Positions 38,755 through 47,314 of a stretch of 64,000 nucleotides of DNA are shown here, one piece after another. The DNA is taken from IMG/VR virus record IMGVR_UViG_3300037067_013436, one strand, 5' to 3'. Each line of letters starts with the position of its first letter. Within the stretch, counting starts at the first letter, position 1. The position numbers were made by a program, and so were the translations under genes. The notes under the pieces were generated by a model that was not told where the DNA came from, ran no database searches, and saw only the letters and a program-made list of their open reading frames with translations. This stretch comes from an uncultured virus (IMG/VR IMGVR_UViG_3300037067_013436). Its lineage: Duplodnaviria > Heunggongvirae > Uroviricota > Caudoviricetes.

Positions 38755-39492
38755 GGAAGGTTTATCGAACCAACGGTCATACATGCCGGAGAGAAATTCC
38801 TTCGAGAACACATATCCAGATCTATCGCCGATAACTGCATCGACGTTGCATCGTGGGCAGATAGCAGTATTCAAATTATCTGCCCACTTCTTGACCTCTG
38901 ATGGTGCGAATATTTCTCCACAATAGAAACACCCGCAATTAGTGCTTCGAATAACTTCGCTGCGATTATTGACTGCGTGAATGTGTGCTTTTTCATAATC
39001 TGACTGGTCAGGGGCTTCAATCGGCTCGTCTTCATCGCCGTTCTCTTGTGCCTCTAAGACTGTCAGTTTCTTGATGTAATAATCATCAACGATATCAAGA
39101 GTCTTCAATCGCTCTGCAATCTCTTTTCGTTCTTTTCGAACTTCCTCCAATAACTCACGGACCATCGCAGCAGTGATCTTCGGAGGCTTTTCAGATCGTT
39201 CCATCGGTACCAGCTTGATAGTACCTATTTTGGGCGGTTTTTGTGCCTTCGGTGGTTTGAGCGTGTATTCTTTCAACCCACGCTCCTTGATGAGAGCTAA
39301 CGTTGCGTTTCGAACTTCTTCTGATACTTTTCGAATATGCCGTGTGAATTGAGCGTTTACTCGACCGGCACCATTCATATACATCCCAACTAGCTTCTCG
39401 GCAGTCATACTATTGGACATGTTTGGCGACCTTAGCGTCTTTGATAGTGGTATCTGTAGATTGTAGCGCTTGTCGGCTTCGATGCCGACCAT
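38665..39492 (-). CDS. Hypothetical protein with coiled coil and C-terminal Cys-rich Zn-binding domain
   Basis: CGCFYC...AICPRCNVDAVIGDRSG. Start uncertain (39492, 39420 or 39408); the last ~30 codons overlap the RNA gene. Confidence 0.65.
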   Translation of the reverse strand: MVGIEADKRYNLQIPLSKTLRSPNMSNSMTAEKLVGMYMNGAGRVNAQFTRHIRKVSEEVRNATLALIKERGLKEYTLKPPKAQKPPKIGTIKLVPMERSEKPPKITAAMVRELLEEVRKERKEIAERLKTLDIVDDYYIKKLTVLEAQENGDEDEPIEAPDQSDYEKAHIHAVNNRSEVIRSTNCGCFYCGEIFAPSEVKKWADNLNTAICPRCNVDAVIGDRSGYVFSKEFLSGMYDRWFDKPSGVGRCDTSTENQSAGPAVSATARAAHSPA

Positions 39493-39627
39493 ATTTCTTC
39501 ATTCTGGAGTAGGACTTTCGATGTCCTTGATTAACCTTCTCTTCTCTACCAGATCGGCTCATATTAGTAAAACAACCATTTGAAGATATCGACGCTCCAG
39601 AAACCGACACTGGCGGCACATATTCCT

Positions 39628-39665
39628 ATTATACTATTCCGGCCTATTGCACGCAATGGTATATT
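39628..39665 (-). promoter_or_regulatory. Sigma70-type promoter
   Basis: TTGCGT-N17-TATAAT on the minus strand in an intergenic gap. Confidence 0.6.
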
Positions 39666-39755
39666 TCTCTTATAGGAAACGCGAACAAGCACCCATGCAA
39701 ATTTGTCGAGAGAACAAGTATAATAACAAACACGAACTTGTATACTTGCCCCATA

Positions 39756-39995
39756 TCACCACCCGTCGAAATCCGTTAGGTTGATAGTTTCACCGGTCAG
39801 GTTATTCTTGACCTCGGTAACGAGTCCGAGAGACGTTGGTGTGAACATATAGGTCAAAGCCCCACCAGAGCACCCATAATAAGCTTCTCCCTCATGCTCC
39901 ACGCTTGTCCCCTTTTGTTGCTCGATGACTTTCTTGTCCTGCTCAGCGGACCAAGCTCTAAGTTGCTCCGCTTGTTTCGCATCTAATCCGAACAT
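39756..39995 (-). CDS. Hypothetical protein (GxSGGxxTYxFTPTxLG motif)
   Basis: TAATG overlap; GGAGG RBS. Confidence 0.65.
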   Translation of the reverse strand: MFGLDAKQAEQLRAWSAEQDKKVIEQQKGTSVEHEGEAYYGCSGGALTYMFTPTSLGLVTEVKNNLTGETINLTDFDGW

Positions 39996-40261
39996 TATAA
40001 GTCAGCCTCCATGTCGTCGTCGAATTCGTTTATAGCATGATTGAGTCGCACCACGATGGTTTTGGCGATTTTTCTTGCATCAGCCAACGTAGTTTTTCGT
40101 TTTCCGGGTTTGCCGCCATATGCTTCTTGCTGCCCTGCTGGGCAGTGCCCGCGTTCAATCAGGCCATCGATTATTGGTTGCAACATATCACGACATGTTG
40201 CAACTTCATTTGAGAAATGGCCGCAAATCACCGCTCTTTCGCCAGCATCCAACTTTTTCAT
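39995..40261 (-). CDS. Hypothetical protein
   Basis: ATGA overlap with the upstream gene. Confidence 0.6.
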   Translation of the reverse strand: MKKLDAGERAVICGHFSNEVATCRDMLQPIIDGLIERGHCPAGQQEAYGGKPGKRKTTLADARKIAKTIVVRLNHAINEFDDDMEADL

Positions 40262-41343
40262 ATTTCAATTCTGTGCAGTTCTGGTACTTCTCGTGCATAG
40301 TATTTGATGTTCCCTAACATACGGCACTGCTCACCGGCACAAATGCTACCGTGCCCCAGCAGATTCACAAAGAACCAGTTGAGGTCGCCATCGGGAATGG
40401 TCCACAATATCTCATTTACTTCCTCTATTGCACCACAAGGAATGATTTTCTTAGTCGTAGGTGCACCGTGGACGTAGGTGTGGCTATGAATCATGAAATT
40501 GATTCGTGGGAAGGTCTTATATAGAGCTAGTTGGATTGGCGTATCGACAGATGGTTTGTTACTACCGTAATAGCCAACACTTTTCGGGGTGTCCTCGACA
40601 GCCACAAAGCTGTTGATGCCTAGGCTACGTTTATCGATATTCCTTCTCGTAACGTAGATCTTGTCTTTGCTGCGAAATGATGAAAATCCAACCTCGCATC
40701 TGAACGATGCATTACCCAAGAATCTACTGGTTGGAGCGTGTATCAGCCTATGAAACTTCGCGGCATACATCCCAACCAATGCCATGAACTCGTCGGTAAT
40801 TTCTTCATCCAAATTAGGAATTGGTGCTGCTTCGCCAACTTGCATACTTGGCTTTCTGGTGAATTCGCGAAGCTGTTTTAGCCTGCCCGAAATTGCCAGG
40901 GCCAACTGTTTGGGGTCGTGGGCTGACCTTATAAAACAGTTACCAAGTGGGTCGAGAAGATTGGCGTCCACGCCTTCTCTCTGTTTGATGAACTCTACTA
41001 ACAGGTTGCTCTTCGTTTGCAATGCTCTGGCGATGAGTTCTAGACAGCTATACTTGTTCCCGTCGTTGCGTTTCGACGTTATCAGCATGCATGTTGGATT
41101 GATTTTCTTAATCTCTCTGACCAACTTCGGCTTATGGTTCGGAACGTCAGCGAACCATAAGATGGTGTTGAATTTGGTGAAGTCGATATTGGCCAAATCA
41201 TCGAATTTGCCACCATTGAATACCTTATAGCTTTTGAATTGGCCATTAGCGAGCAAGTGGCTAATTAACGCATCGCCATAAGATGAAGGCCGACCACCAG
41301 CATCGCTGAAGGTTCCAACAACGAATAGAGCTTTCATTTTCAT
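40258..41343 (-). CDS. Class II aldolase/adducin-domain protein
   Basis: GNASFR, KPSVDTPIQLALY, FMIHSH and LLGHG metal-binding pattern. Confidence 0.65.
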   Translation of the reverse strand: MKMKALFVVGTFSDAGGRPSSYGDALISHLLANGQFKSYKVFNGGKFDDLANIDFTKFNTILWFADVPNHKPKLVREIKKINPTCMLITSKRNDGNKYSCLELIARALQTKSNLLVEFIKQREGVDANLLDPLGNCFIRSAHDPKQLALAISGRLKQLREFTRKPSMQVGEAAPIPNLDEEITDEFMALVGMYAAKFHRLIHAPTSRFLGNASFRCEVGFSSFRSKDKIYVTRRNIDKRSLGINSFVAVEDTPKSVGYYGSNKPSVDTPIQLALYKTFPRINFMIHSHTYVHGAPTTKKIIPCGAIEEVNEILWTIPDGDLNWFFVNLLGHGSICAGEQCRMLGNIKYYAREVPELHRIEI

Positions 41344-41345
41344 AG

Positions 41346-41549
41346 TTAGCAGGAGCCGAATTTGAACGAGTAAAAACTATCACCATCTGAATTCGGCTGG
41401 ACACCCAATTCTTCAAGTCGTTTCAGGTCTTCTGGAGACACACCATCTGGCGAAACGGCAATCATGAGTTCGTCATGTGTGCAATTCGTCGGATACGACG
41501 GGTTGCCGTATTTTCGCAGGATCGTCAGAGCTTCAATCAAATCGTCCAT
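41346..41549 (-). CDS. Hypothetical protein
   Basis: TAATG overlap; GAGGAG RBS. Confidence 0.65.
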   Translation of the reverse strand: MDDLIEALTILRKYGNPSYPTNCTHDELMIAVSPDGVSPEDLKRLEELGVQPNSDGDSFYSFKFGSC

Positions 41550-41818
41550 TATAGCAGCTTCTCCTCAGTGATTTTGAACAAACCGTCGATGTGCAAGTTG
41601 CAGACATCGAACTCCTCATGCCCGAAATTCTCTTGCAAAAAATCAAACAAGCTGTCGTCATGATGATCTGCAGCCTTTATCTGCAGATCAACCAAGAACT
41701 CTCTTGCCTGCTTTTCATCACCGAATTTCTTGGTGAACGGTAGTGCTAGGTAATGATTACCGTCAGCGGCAGATTCCGAAACGCCAACTCGAATCCTGAT
41801 TTCAAAATGGGTGTTCAT
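41549..41818 (-). CDS. Hypothetical protein
   Basis: ATGA overlap. Confidence 0.6.
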   Translation of the reverse strand: MNTHFEIRIRVGVSESAADGNHYLALPFTKKFGDEKQAREFLVDLQIKAADHHDDSLFDFLQENFGHEEFDVCNLHIDGLFKITEEKLL

Positions 41819-42285
41819 GGTTGTATTGCGTCTTGAGGAAGCCCTTTTTCGTAGAGATCGAATGAGTCTAAATCACCGAACACACCATACTTCTTTCTCT
41901 GCAGCGCTCTTTGATAGACGAAAGACTTGTTCAGATGGACGCCGAGATACGCAACGCCACCCTCATCCCATGTCGGATCAATGACGCGATTTGAAGCATC
42001 GACACACCAGCCGTGATGAACCGGGAAGAGGGTATTAGCTGGCATGGCTATACCTTCGACGTAGATATAGCCCTTATTGCTCATGAGCCTGAATGCATTC
42101 ATGAAGCACAATTTTGCTTTGCCACGCTTGATGTCTGCCGGTAGCGGGCTTACGACGTCAAATCTGCCGATCTTCGACACGATATCCTCGACACCGCGAT
42201 ATATCCAGTCGCTAGCGAACAGATCACGCTGTAGCTTCGCCATCTGTTCGACATATTGCTTCAAGTTTTCTTCGTGTTCAGTCAT
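41815..42285 (-). CDS. Hypothetical protein with Cys-His-Asp pattern (papain/transglutaminase-like fold?)
   Basis: CFMNA...YVEG...HGW...VIDPTW; ATGA overlap at 42282-42285. Confidence 0.55.
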   Translation of the reverse strand: MTEHEENLKQYVEQMAKLQRDLFASDWIYRGVEDIVSKIGRFDVVSPLPADIKRGKAKLCFMNAFRLMSNKGYIYVEGIAMPANTLFPVHHGWCVDASNRVIDPTWDEGGVAYLGVHLNKSFVYQRALQRKKYGVFGDLDSFDLYEKGLPQDAIQP

Positions 42286-42590
42286 TTCAGCATCAACCAA
42301 ATCGGACGACCGAATTTACTAGATGGCTTTCTCGGCTGCGACCACAACCGATAATGTTTCTCGCATGCTTTCTTTGCTGCGTTCATCGTCTTAAATAGCC
42401 GCTTTGGCGACACAAAATCCCACATTTCGCTATCGTTCGGCAAGACTATTCTGACCGAAGCTTGAAATCTTGGTAGTACCTCAACATCGTAGCATCTGTC
42501 TCGCCACACTATGCGATATTGTTCTTTGGACAGCCACACCTTATGGTGTTTCTGGCTCTGTCCCTTGATTCGTTTGCGTTTGAAATCCAT
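42282..42590 (-). CDS. Hypothetical basic protein
   Basis: Part of the packed run. Confidence 0.6.
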   Translation of the reverse strand: MDFKRKRIKGQSQKHHKVWLSKEQYRIVWRDRCYDVEVLPRFQASVRIVLPNDSEMWDFVSPKRLFKTMNAAKKACEKHYRLWSQPRKPSSKFGRPIWLMLK

Positions 42591-42593
42591 TTA

Positions 42594-43307
42594 TTAATTT
42601 CGGTGCCTTCCAGTTCGCACCCGGCTTCTCGCCGACCACTCTGTGTTGTTAGATTCGTGCCCGTTGTCTGGTTTCAATACGCCTTGCGGATCTTTTGCAA
42701 TTATGCCTTCGAGCACAGGCTCACCACCAGTCTCAGTCGACCACCCAGCGGCTTTGTTGACGGCCTGGGTGAACTCCCAAATGCTGTTGAAGTCTTCGGA
42801 AACTCGCGGCAGAAAGATGTGTTCGCTGAGTCGGACGCCGAAATCGAACTCTTTGCCGTTGATTGTGACGATGAACGACTTGCCACCGGCTGCGACCGCT
42901 TTTTCGAGCAACCAATTGTAGCGTTCTTGGTAGGTCGAGCCGATCAGCCAATCACCTTCGCGAACCAGGATGTCCCAGATGACGAATAGGCCGGAGATAT
43001 GCTTATTCTTGCCGTCGAGAAGGCCACCGTCGAGGTAGGACCAATTCGAGATATCAAGGCCAAGAACATCGCGGAAGACTGTCAATAGTTCTTCACGGAG
43101 TTCGGCGGTGAGTTTGAACGTCTTATGGGTGCTGTTGTGGCGGTTGAATATCTCGACACCACTGTTGCTTACAGCGATCTCGGTCCGCTTGTCGTTGTAC
43201 TTGATCTGCCCGACCCACCCATACTGGGAGTACATCTGAACTTGGGAGAATGGGATAGCATCCTTCATCGGACGCGGCGGGTAGATGTATCTTTGAGCTA
43301 TTTTCAT
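42594..43307 (-). CDS. ATP-dependent ligase / capping-enzyme superfamily nucleotidyltransferase, adenylation domain only
   Basis: Motif I QIKYNDKR, Ia FNRH, III YLDGGLL, IIIa VIWDIL, IV LEGIIAKDP; no OB domain. Confidence 0.7.
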   Translation of the reverse strand: MKIAQRYIYPPRPMKDAIPFSQVQMYSQYGWVGQIKYNDKRTEIAVSNSGVEIFNRHNSTHKTFKLTAELREELLTVFRDVLGLDISNWSYLDGGLLDGKNKHISGLFVIWDILVREGDWLIGSTYQERYNWLLEKAVAAGGKSFIVTINGKEFDFGVRLSEHIFLPRVSEDFNSIWEFTQAVNKAAGWSTETGGEPVLEGIIAKDPQGVLKPDNGHESNNTEWSARSRVRTGRHRN

Positions 43308-43308
43308 G

Positions 43309-43394
43309 ATTTCCTCTGATTTATTATAGCACGACGATCGATCTCTCTTAATTAACGATGAATACTCGTGATGCTATAATAAATCAGAGGAAAT
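43309..43394. promoter_or_regulatory. Perfect 23-bp inverted repeat forming two divergent extended -10 promoter + RBS units
   Basis: 43309-43331 is the exact reverse complement of 43372-43394 (TGCTATAATAAATCAGAGGAAAT); each arm leads into a start codon. Confidence 0.85.
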
Positions 43395-43397
43395 TAT

Positions 43398-43676
43398 ATG
43401 CAAGACATCTGGCCGAAATTCGTCGAATGTATTCAAGGGATGTCATTTGGCGTTAAATATTACAGGTACGATAACGCCACTTCCAAAGGTGTTCCGTTCG
43501 ATACAAACAATAGGCAAGTTGTGTTGAGCGATAATCCACTGACCAGGATGCTTCAAGAGGGTAAGCCTTTTGAGACCCCACACCCGCGATGCCTTTGGAA
43601 GGTGCGGCTTGAGGAACCGCGATACAATAGGCCAAGGCAAAGGCCAGTTTGCGAACGATTCATCATGCTAGACTAG
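43398..43676 (+). CDS. Hypothetical protein
   Basis: AGAGGA RBS within the inverted-repeat arm. Confidence 0.6.
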   Translation: MQDIWPKFVECIQGMSFGVKYYRYDNATSKGVPFDTNNRQVVLSDNPLTRMLQEGKPFETPHPRCLWKVRLEEPRYNRPRQRPVCERFIMLD

Positions 43677-43686
43677 AGAGGCAACA

Positions 43687-44235
43687 ATGAGAACGGTTTT
43701 GAAAAGAGGGCAACGAGTCGACATTTATCGTCCGGCTGTTATGGGCACTGTGGCTGAAATAGAGGGTGCTGCTACTCTCATTCAGTTAGTGCGGAAAAAT
43801 CACACATCGATTCCGCCATTCGAGACTTGGACGGTCAAGTTCGACGATGATGAAGAGCCGGTGCAGCGAGATATACCAGTCAAGCTGCCTCAAATTGCTG
43901 GTATGGCATCAAGTCTTGCTAGGCTTCCAGAAAGCCGAAATCTTTTGGCATTCATGGCGGAGGCTGGCATATCGAACGACTGGGTTGATACTTCCGGCAT
44001 CGCAGCTTACACAAGCGGTAAGGTCTTGAGCAACGAGGTCGGTGCCGTGGAACTGGCTGGCAGTAGGAAGATCAACGAAGAGATGCTCATACATCTTGAG
44101 CATGGCAAGACCAAGATCGTTCTCAACCTCAATACGCTGTTGGTGTTGGCGTCAAGCTACATACGCCAACAATTCAACATAGCAGCCGAAGCAGCAGAAA
44201 ACAGAAATGAATTGCCAGATAGTGATTCCCGCTAG
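43687..44235 (+). CDS. Hypothetical protein
   Basis: GAGG RBS; 182 aa. Confidence 0.65.
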   Translation: MRTVLKRGQRVDIYRPAVMGTVAEIEGAATLIQLVRKNHTSIPPFETWTVKFDDDEEPVQRDIPVKLPQIAGMASSLARLPESRNLLAFMAEAGISNDWVDTSGIAAYTSGKVLSNEVGAVELAGSRKINEEMLIHLEHGKTKIVLNLNTLLVLASSYIRQQFNIAAEAAENRNELPDSDSR

Positions 44236-44950
44236 GATCGGTTCGACACGCTTAGAACGTAAGCTCTTACTGCGGGCAACCGGTAAACCTCTCATCCAAC
44301 ACACATGGGAAGCTGCTATCGGCTCCACTCGTGCATCAGGCGTTTGTGTAGCTACCGATAGTAAGGAAATCTTTGATGAGGTCGAGTCGTTTGGTGGTAT
44401 AGCTGTTATAACTAGCTCGCTACCAAATAGCGGCACTGATAGGGTAGCAGAAGTCGCAAGGCGTATGACAAACGTCGACATCTTCGTCAATCTGCAAGGC
44501 GACGAGCCTGAGATATCGGCCAGGACCATCGATCTAGCTATCGAAATGTTGGCGAATCCATACATCAATATGAGCACGATAGCTACTCCGATTCGAGACA
44601 AGAAGCATCTTGATGATCCTGCTTGTGTCAAGGTGATATTCGATGTTATAGGCAAGACTGCGTACTATTTCAGCCGAAGTGCTATCCCTTATCCGCGATG
44701 CTGGGACGACGCCTACCTATCATTGCCTACCTTTTTCCAGCATATAGGCATCTATGCCTATCGACGAAGATTCCTATTACAAATGGCTGCTATGCCTCCA
44801 GGTAGATTAGAAACGATTGAGAAGCTGGAGCAACTTAGAGTCATAGAAGCTGGCTTGCCAATAGCTGTCGGTGTTGTAGATGAACCGACGTTCGGAATAG
44901 ATACTCTCGAAGACTATTTAGAATTCGTGAGAAGGCAGAAGACTACTTAG
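44207..44950 (+). CDS. kdsB: 3-deoxy-manno-octulosonate cytidylyltransferase (CMP-Kdo synthetase)
   Basis: IPARIGSTRL..K, VATD, SGTDRVAE, VNLQGDEP, YFSRSAIPY, HIGIYAYR, LETIEKLEQLR, GIDTLED. Confidence 0.93.
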   Translation: MNCQIVIPARIGSTRLERKLLLRATGKPLIQHTWEAAIGSTRASGVCVATDSKEIFDEVESFGGIAVITSSLPNSGTDRVAEVARRMTNVDIFVNLQGDEPEISARTIDLAIEMLANPYINMSTIATPIRDKKHLDDPACVKVIFDVIGKTAYYFSRSAIPYPRCWDDAYLSLPTFFQHIGIYAYRRRFLLQMAAMPPGRLETIEKLEQLRVIEAGLPIAVGVVDEPTFGIDTLEDYLEFVRRQKTT

Positions 44951-45234
44951 GGCTGCCACGGATATTTCTGATCCGACCGCACGTTGGTCTGATATGCGGT
45001 TTTACCTACTTCAAGCTCGGCGGCAGTCAACTCGACCCATTCTTGTTTGCCGAACCTGTGGCCATTTCTGCCCATGCCGCTCGCCATTGACAGGCGATTC
45101 ACGACACCGCCAGTCACTCCAACAAACTCAGAAACAGGAGCACAGGTGATTTTGGATGGCAGGTTGTTCGCTAGAACTACGAAGCCATTAATCACTGGGA
45201 CTTGCCGAACGACCGTAATTGTTTCAAAGCTCAT
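44947..45234 (-). CDS. Hypothetical protein
   Basis: ATGA overlap with 45231..45470. Confidence 0.6.
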   Translation of the reverse strand: MSFETITVVRQVPVINGFVVLANNLPSKITCAPVSEFVGVTGGVVNRLSMASGMGRNGHRFGKQEWVELTAAELEVGKTAYQTNVRSDQKYPWQP

Positions 45235-45470
45235 GATGCATAGCTCTGTGCGACTGTCAGCAGATTCTGACTAGCCAAATTGTGGAGTTGGCCATAGTTG
45301 ACGCGAGATTGCTCGATGACGACCTTCTTACCTGGTGAGATGGTCAGTAGGCCGTGAGCAGTCTGTGCCACATCACCGACAGCAGCCGCATCACCTGCCT
45401 GATAATTGATGCTAACTGGCTGATGAGAGTTGTTGCCAAGAACGTATACTGGTATGCTTGCGGTCGCCAT
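45231..45470 (-). CDS. Hypothetical protein
   Basis: AGGAG RBS; CAAAGCTAC motif upstream. Confidence 0.65.
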   Translation of the reverse strand: MATASIPVYVLGNNSHQPVSINYQAGDAAAVGDVAQTAHGLLTISPGKKVVIEQSRVNYGQLHNLASQNLLTVAQSYAS

Positions 45471-45510
45471 ATCGAATCTCCTGTTCTATGGTAGCTTTGA
45501 ATAGAAGCAC

Positions 45511-45681
45511 TCAGGTTTTCTCGGCGTAGTATTCGTGCTCTATTTCTTCCTGCTCATCAGGATCGAGCTTTTCGACACCAAGCTTCTTAGCGGTTGCGAT
45601 TGATCTTTTTGCCTTTTCCGGCAACAGATTCTTGTCGTCTTCCACCAGAATTGCGTTTAGCACTGCGTCGAAGTGTCTCAT
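45511..45681 (-). CDS. Small acidic 56-aa protein not in the ORF track
   Basis: MRHFDAVLNAILVEDDKNLLPEKAKRSIATAKKLGVEKLDPDEQEEIEHEYYAEKT*; CAAATATAC motif 4 nt upstream. Confidence 0.55.
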   Translation of the reverse strand: MRHFDAVLNAILVEDDKNLLPEKAKRSIATAKKLGVEKLDPDEQEEIEHEYYAEKT

Positions 45682-46069
45682 CCGTGTATATTTGAATATC
45701 GCCGCTTCCTGGATTAGAGAAGATAATATATTTCCCTATCTTCTGACGCATAGATTCCTCGTATTCTTTGCGGGGCGATTTTAAGAGATCGAGGAATAAT
45801 TTTATGGCTGCGTCAACATCTTCGTCTTTGAATGTAACGTAATAAATAGTCGGGAGAGGCATCTTACCCGATTCTGGGTCGTCATCCCACGATTCTTCTA
45901 CAGCTATTTCCCACTCTTTACCTTTTTTCATCCGACTGATACATACAAGCTTCGGATCGTGGGCGAAGACGTGTGCCGTCCCCTCGTATGGGTTATTTAG
46001 AACTTGGAGGATCTTCTGGTACGTTAACTTGACTGACCGGCCAAATGTATCAGAAGCGATTATTTCCAT
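45587..46069 (-). CDS. Hypothetical protein
   Basis: 160-aa ORF; its 3' end overlaps the 56-aa gene in another frame. Confidence 0.55.
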   Translation of the reverse strand: MEIIASDTFGRSVKLTYQKILQVLNNPYEGTAHVFAHDPKLVCISRMKKGKEWEIAVEESWDDDPESGKMPLPTIYYVTFKDEDVDAAIKLFLDLLKSPRKEYEESMRQKIGKYIIFSNPGSGDIQIYTDETLRRSAKRNSGGRRQESVAGKGKKINRNR

Positions 46070-46127
46070 AGTGATTTAGAATACCAAATAGGTGATTTCT
46101 GCGCCTGTGGCAGCCCTAGCCAAAAAT

Positions 46128-46165
46128 AATATACCATTGCACGGGAGTCCTCTGTGTATTTTAAT
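46128..46165 (+). promoter_or_regulatory. Possible sigma70-type promoter
   Basis: TTGCAC-N17-TTTAAT; shares AATATACCATTGC with the promoter at 39653-39665. Confidence 0.45.
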
Positions 46166-46227
46166 GGTATAGTTCCTGATGACACAGGAGTGATTACAGG
46201 TTTCGTTAACCCTCGGAGGAATCTGAC

Positions 46228-46722
46228 ATGTTGAGTTCCATTCTAGTTTCTGTGGCGATGCTTGGTTCACCATGCACTCCCGCCGCCTGTGCTCCAGCCG
46301 CTTGTGCCCCTGCCGCTACTTGTGCTACTACCGAGAAGGTCCGTGAAGTGCGAGCTCCGGTTCGTAAGATCGTCACCGCCTTGGCCAGTATCCACGAGAA
46401 TCGGAAGGAAGCCCGTACGGCGAGAAGCGAAGAGCGAAAAGCGAAGAGAGCTTGCGCCCCTGCGGCTTGTGCTCCAGCAGCCTGTGCCCCTGCAGTTTGT
46501 GCTCCAGCGGCCTGCGCTCCGGCAGCTTGCACCGAAGTGGCTTGTGCCAAAAGAGTCGCCAGAGTCGAACGAGTCCGCGAGGTTAAGGTCCGCGAGGTCA
46601 AGATTGTGAAGGTTGAGCGTCGTCGTCATAAGGAGCCGAAGGCTTGTGCCCCGGCAGCTTGTGCTCAAGCCGCTCCGACTTGCCCTATGACCAGTCCAGC
46701 GCCTCCGGTACCCAGCAAGTAA
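46228..46722 (+). CDS. Secreted Cys/Ala/Pro-rich repeat protein (CAPAA repeats)
   Basis: Signal-like N-terminus, GGAGGA RBS, ~8 PAACA-type pentapeptides, followed by a terminator. Confidence 0.7.
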   Translation: MLSSILVSVAMLGSPCTPAACAPAACAPAATCATTEKVREVRAPVRKIVTALASIHENRKEARTARSEERKAKRACAPAACAPAACAPAVCAPAACAPAACTEVACAKRVARVERVREVKVREVKIVKVERRRHKEPKACAPAACAQAAPTCPMTSPAPPVPSK

Positions 46723-46745
46723 TTGCAGGTCCGGATCGACACATA

Positions 46746-46775
46746 CAACGGCGTACTGATCCCAGTACGCCGTTG
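46746..46775 (+). terminator. Stem-loop (terminator-like)
   Basis: Perfect 13-bp stem CAACGGCGTACTG/CAGTACGCCGTTG with a 4-nt loop. Confidence 0.65.
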
Positions 46776-46810
46776 CTGTATAGGTAAATAATTAAGACAA
46801 GGAATTCACA

Positions 46811-47029
46811 ATGCAAATCTATCAGCTTACCGATGCGGAACGAGAAACGATCGAGCATACCACAGGACCAAGGAATGTAATCTTGGTTGTCTGCGATTAC
46901 GGCGGAGATATCGGATGTTGCGTCGATTATGCGGCGTTAATTAGTGAAGAGTTCGTACTCTACCACGACGCAATCGCACCGTTAGATACCAGTAGAATTA
47001 AAGAGTATACGCCGACGCAGCCAGAGTGA
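46811..47029 (+). CDS. Hypothetical protein
   Basis: AAGGA RBS. Confidence 0.6.
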   Translation: MQIYQLTDAERETIEHTTGPRNVILVVCDYGGDIGCCVDYAALISEEFVLYHDAIAPLDTSRIKEYTPTQPE

Positions 47030-47284
47030 TCAGACTAGCAAATACGTGATGATTTGCGTCTGATCCATATGCTTCAAGATGAAGTCGTCTGTCGCCTCAA
47101 GTTCTAAGTATGTCTTCGGCGTCGGATTCGTCGCCGTATTCGGGATCGAGGAGTCCGCAATAACGCGAGGCTCCGTTGAAGCCTGCGTCATTTGGCCAAT
47201 TGTGGCTTCATTCTTCTTGATCACCACGCCAAGCGAGTTGACCGGCAATAACGCAATTTGTGCTATATGAATTGGTGTAGCCAT
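47030..47284 (-). CDS. Hypothetical protein
   Basis: AAGG RBS; 84 aa. Confidence 0.6.
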   Translation of the reverse strand: MATPIHIAQIALLPVNSLGVVIKKNEATIGQMTQASTEPRVIADSSIPNTATNPTPKTYLELEATDDFILKHMDQTQIITYLLV

Positions 47285-47314
47285 CGTTCAGCCTTCTTTC
47301 AAGAGGGATCTATT

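Noticed and set aside
39410..39619. 69-aa ORF right after the sigma70 promoter
   Set aside because: No recognisable features and it overlaps the possible 5' part of 38665..39492; cannot decide whether it is real.
46206..46668. Antisense AGAQA/Ser-rich ORFs
   Set aside because: Shadows of the CAPAA-repeat gene, which has the RBS and terminator.
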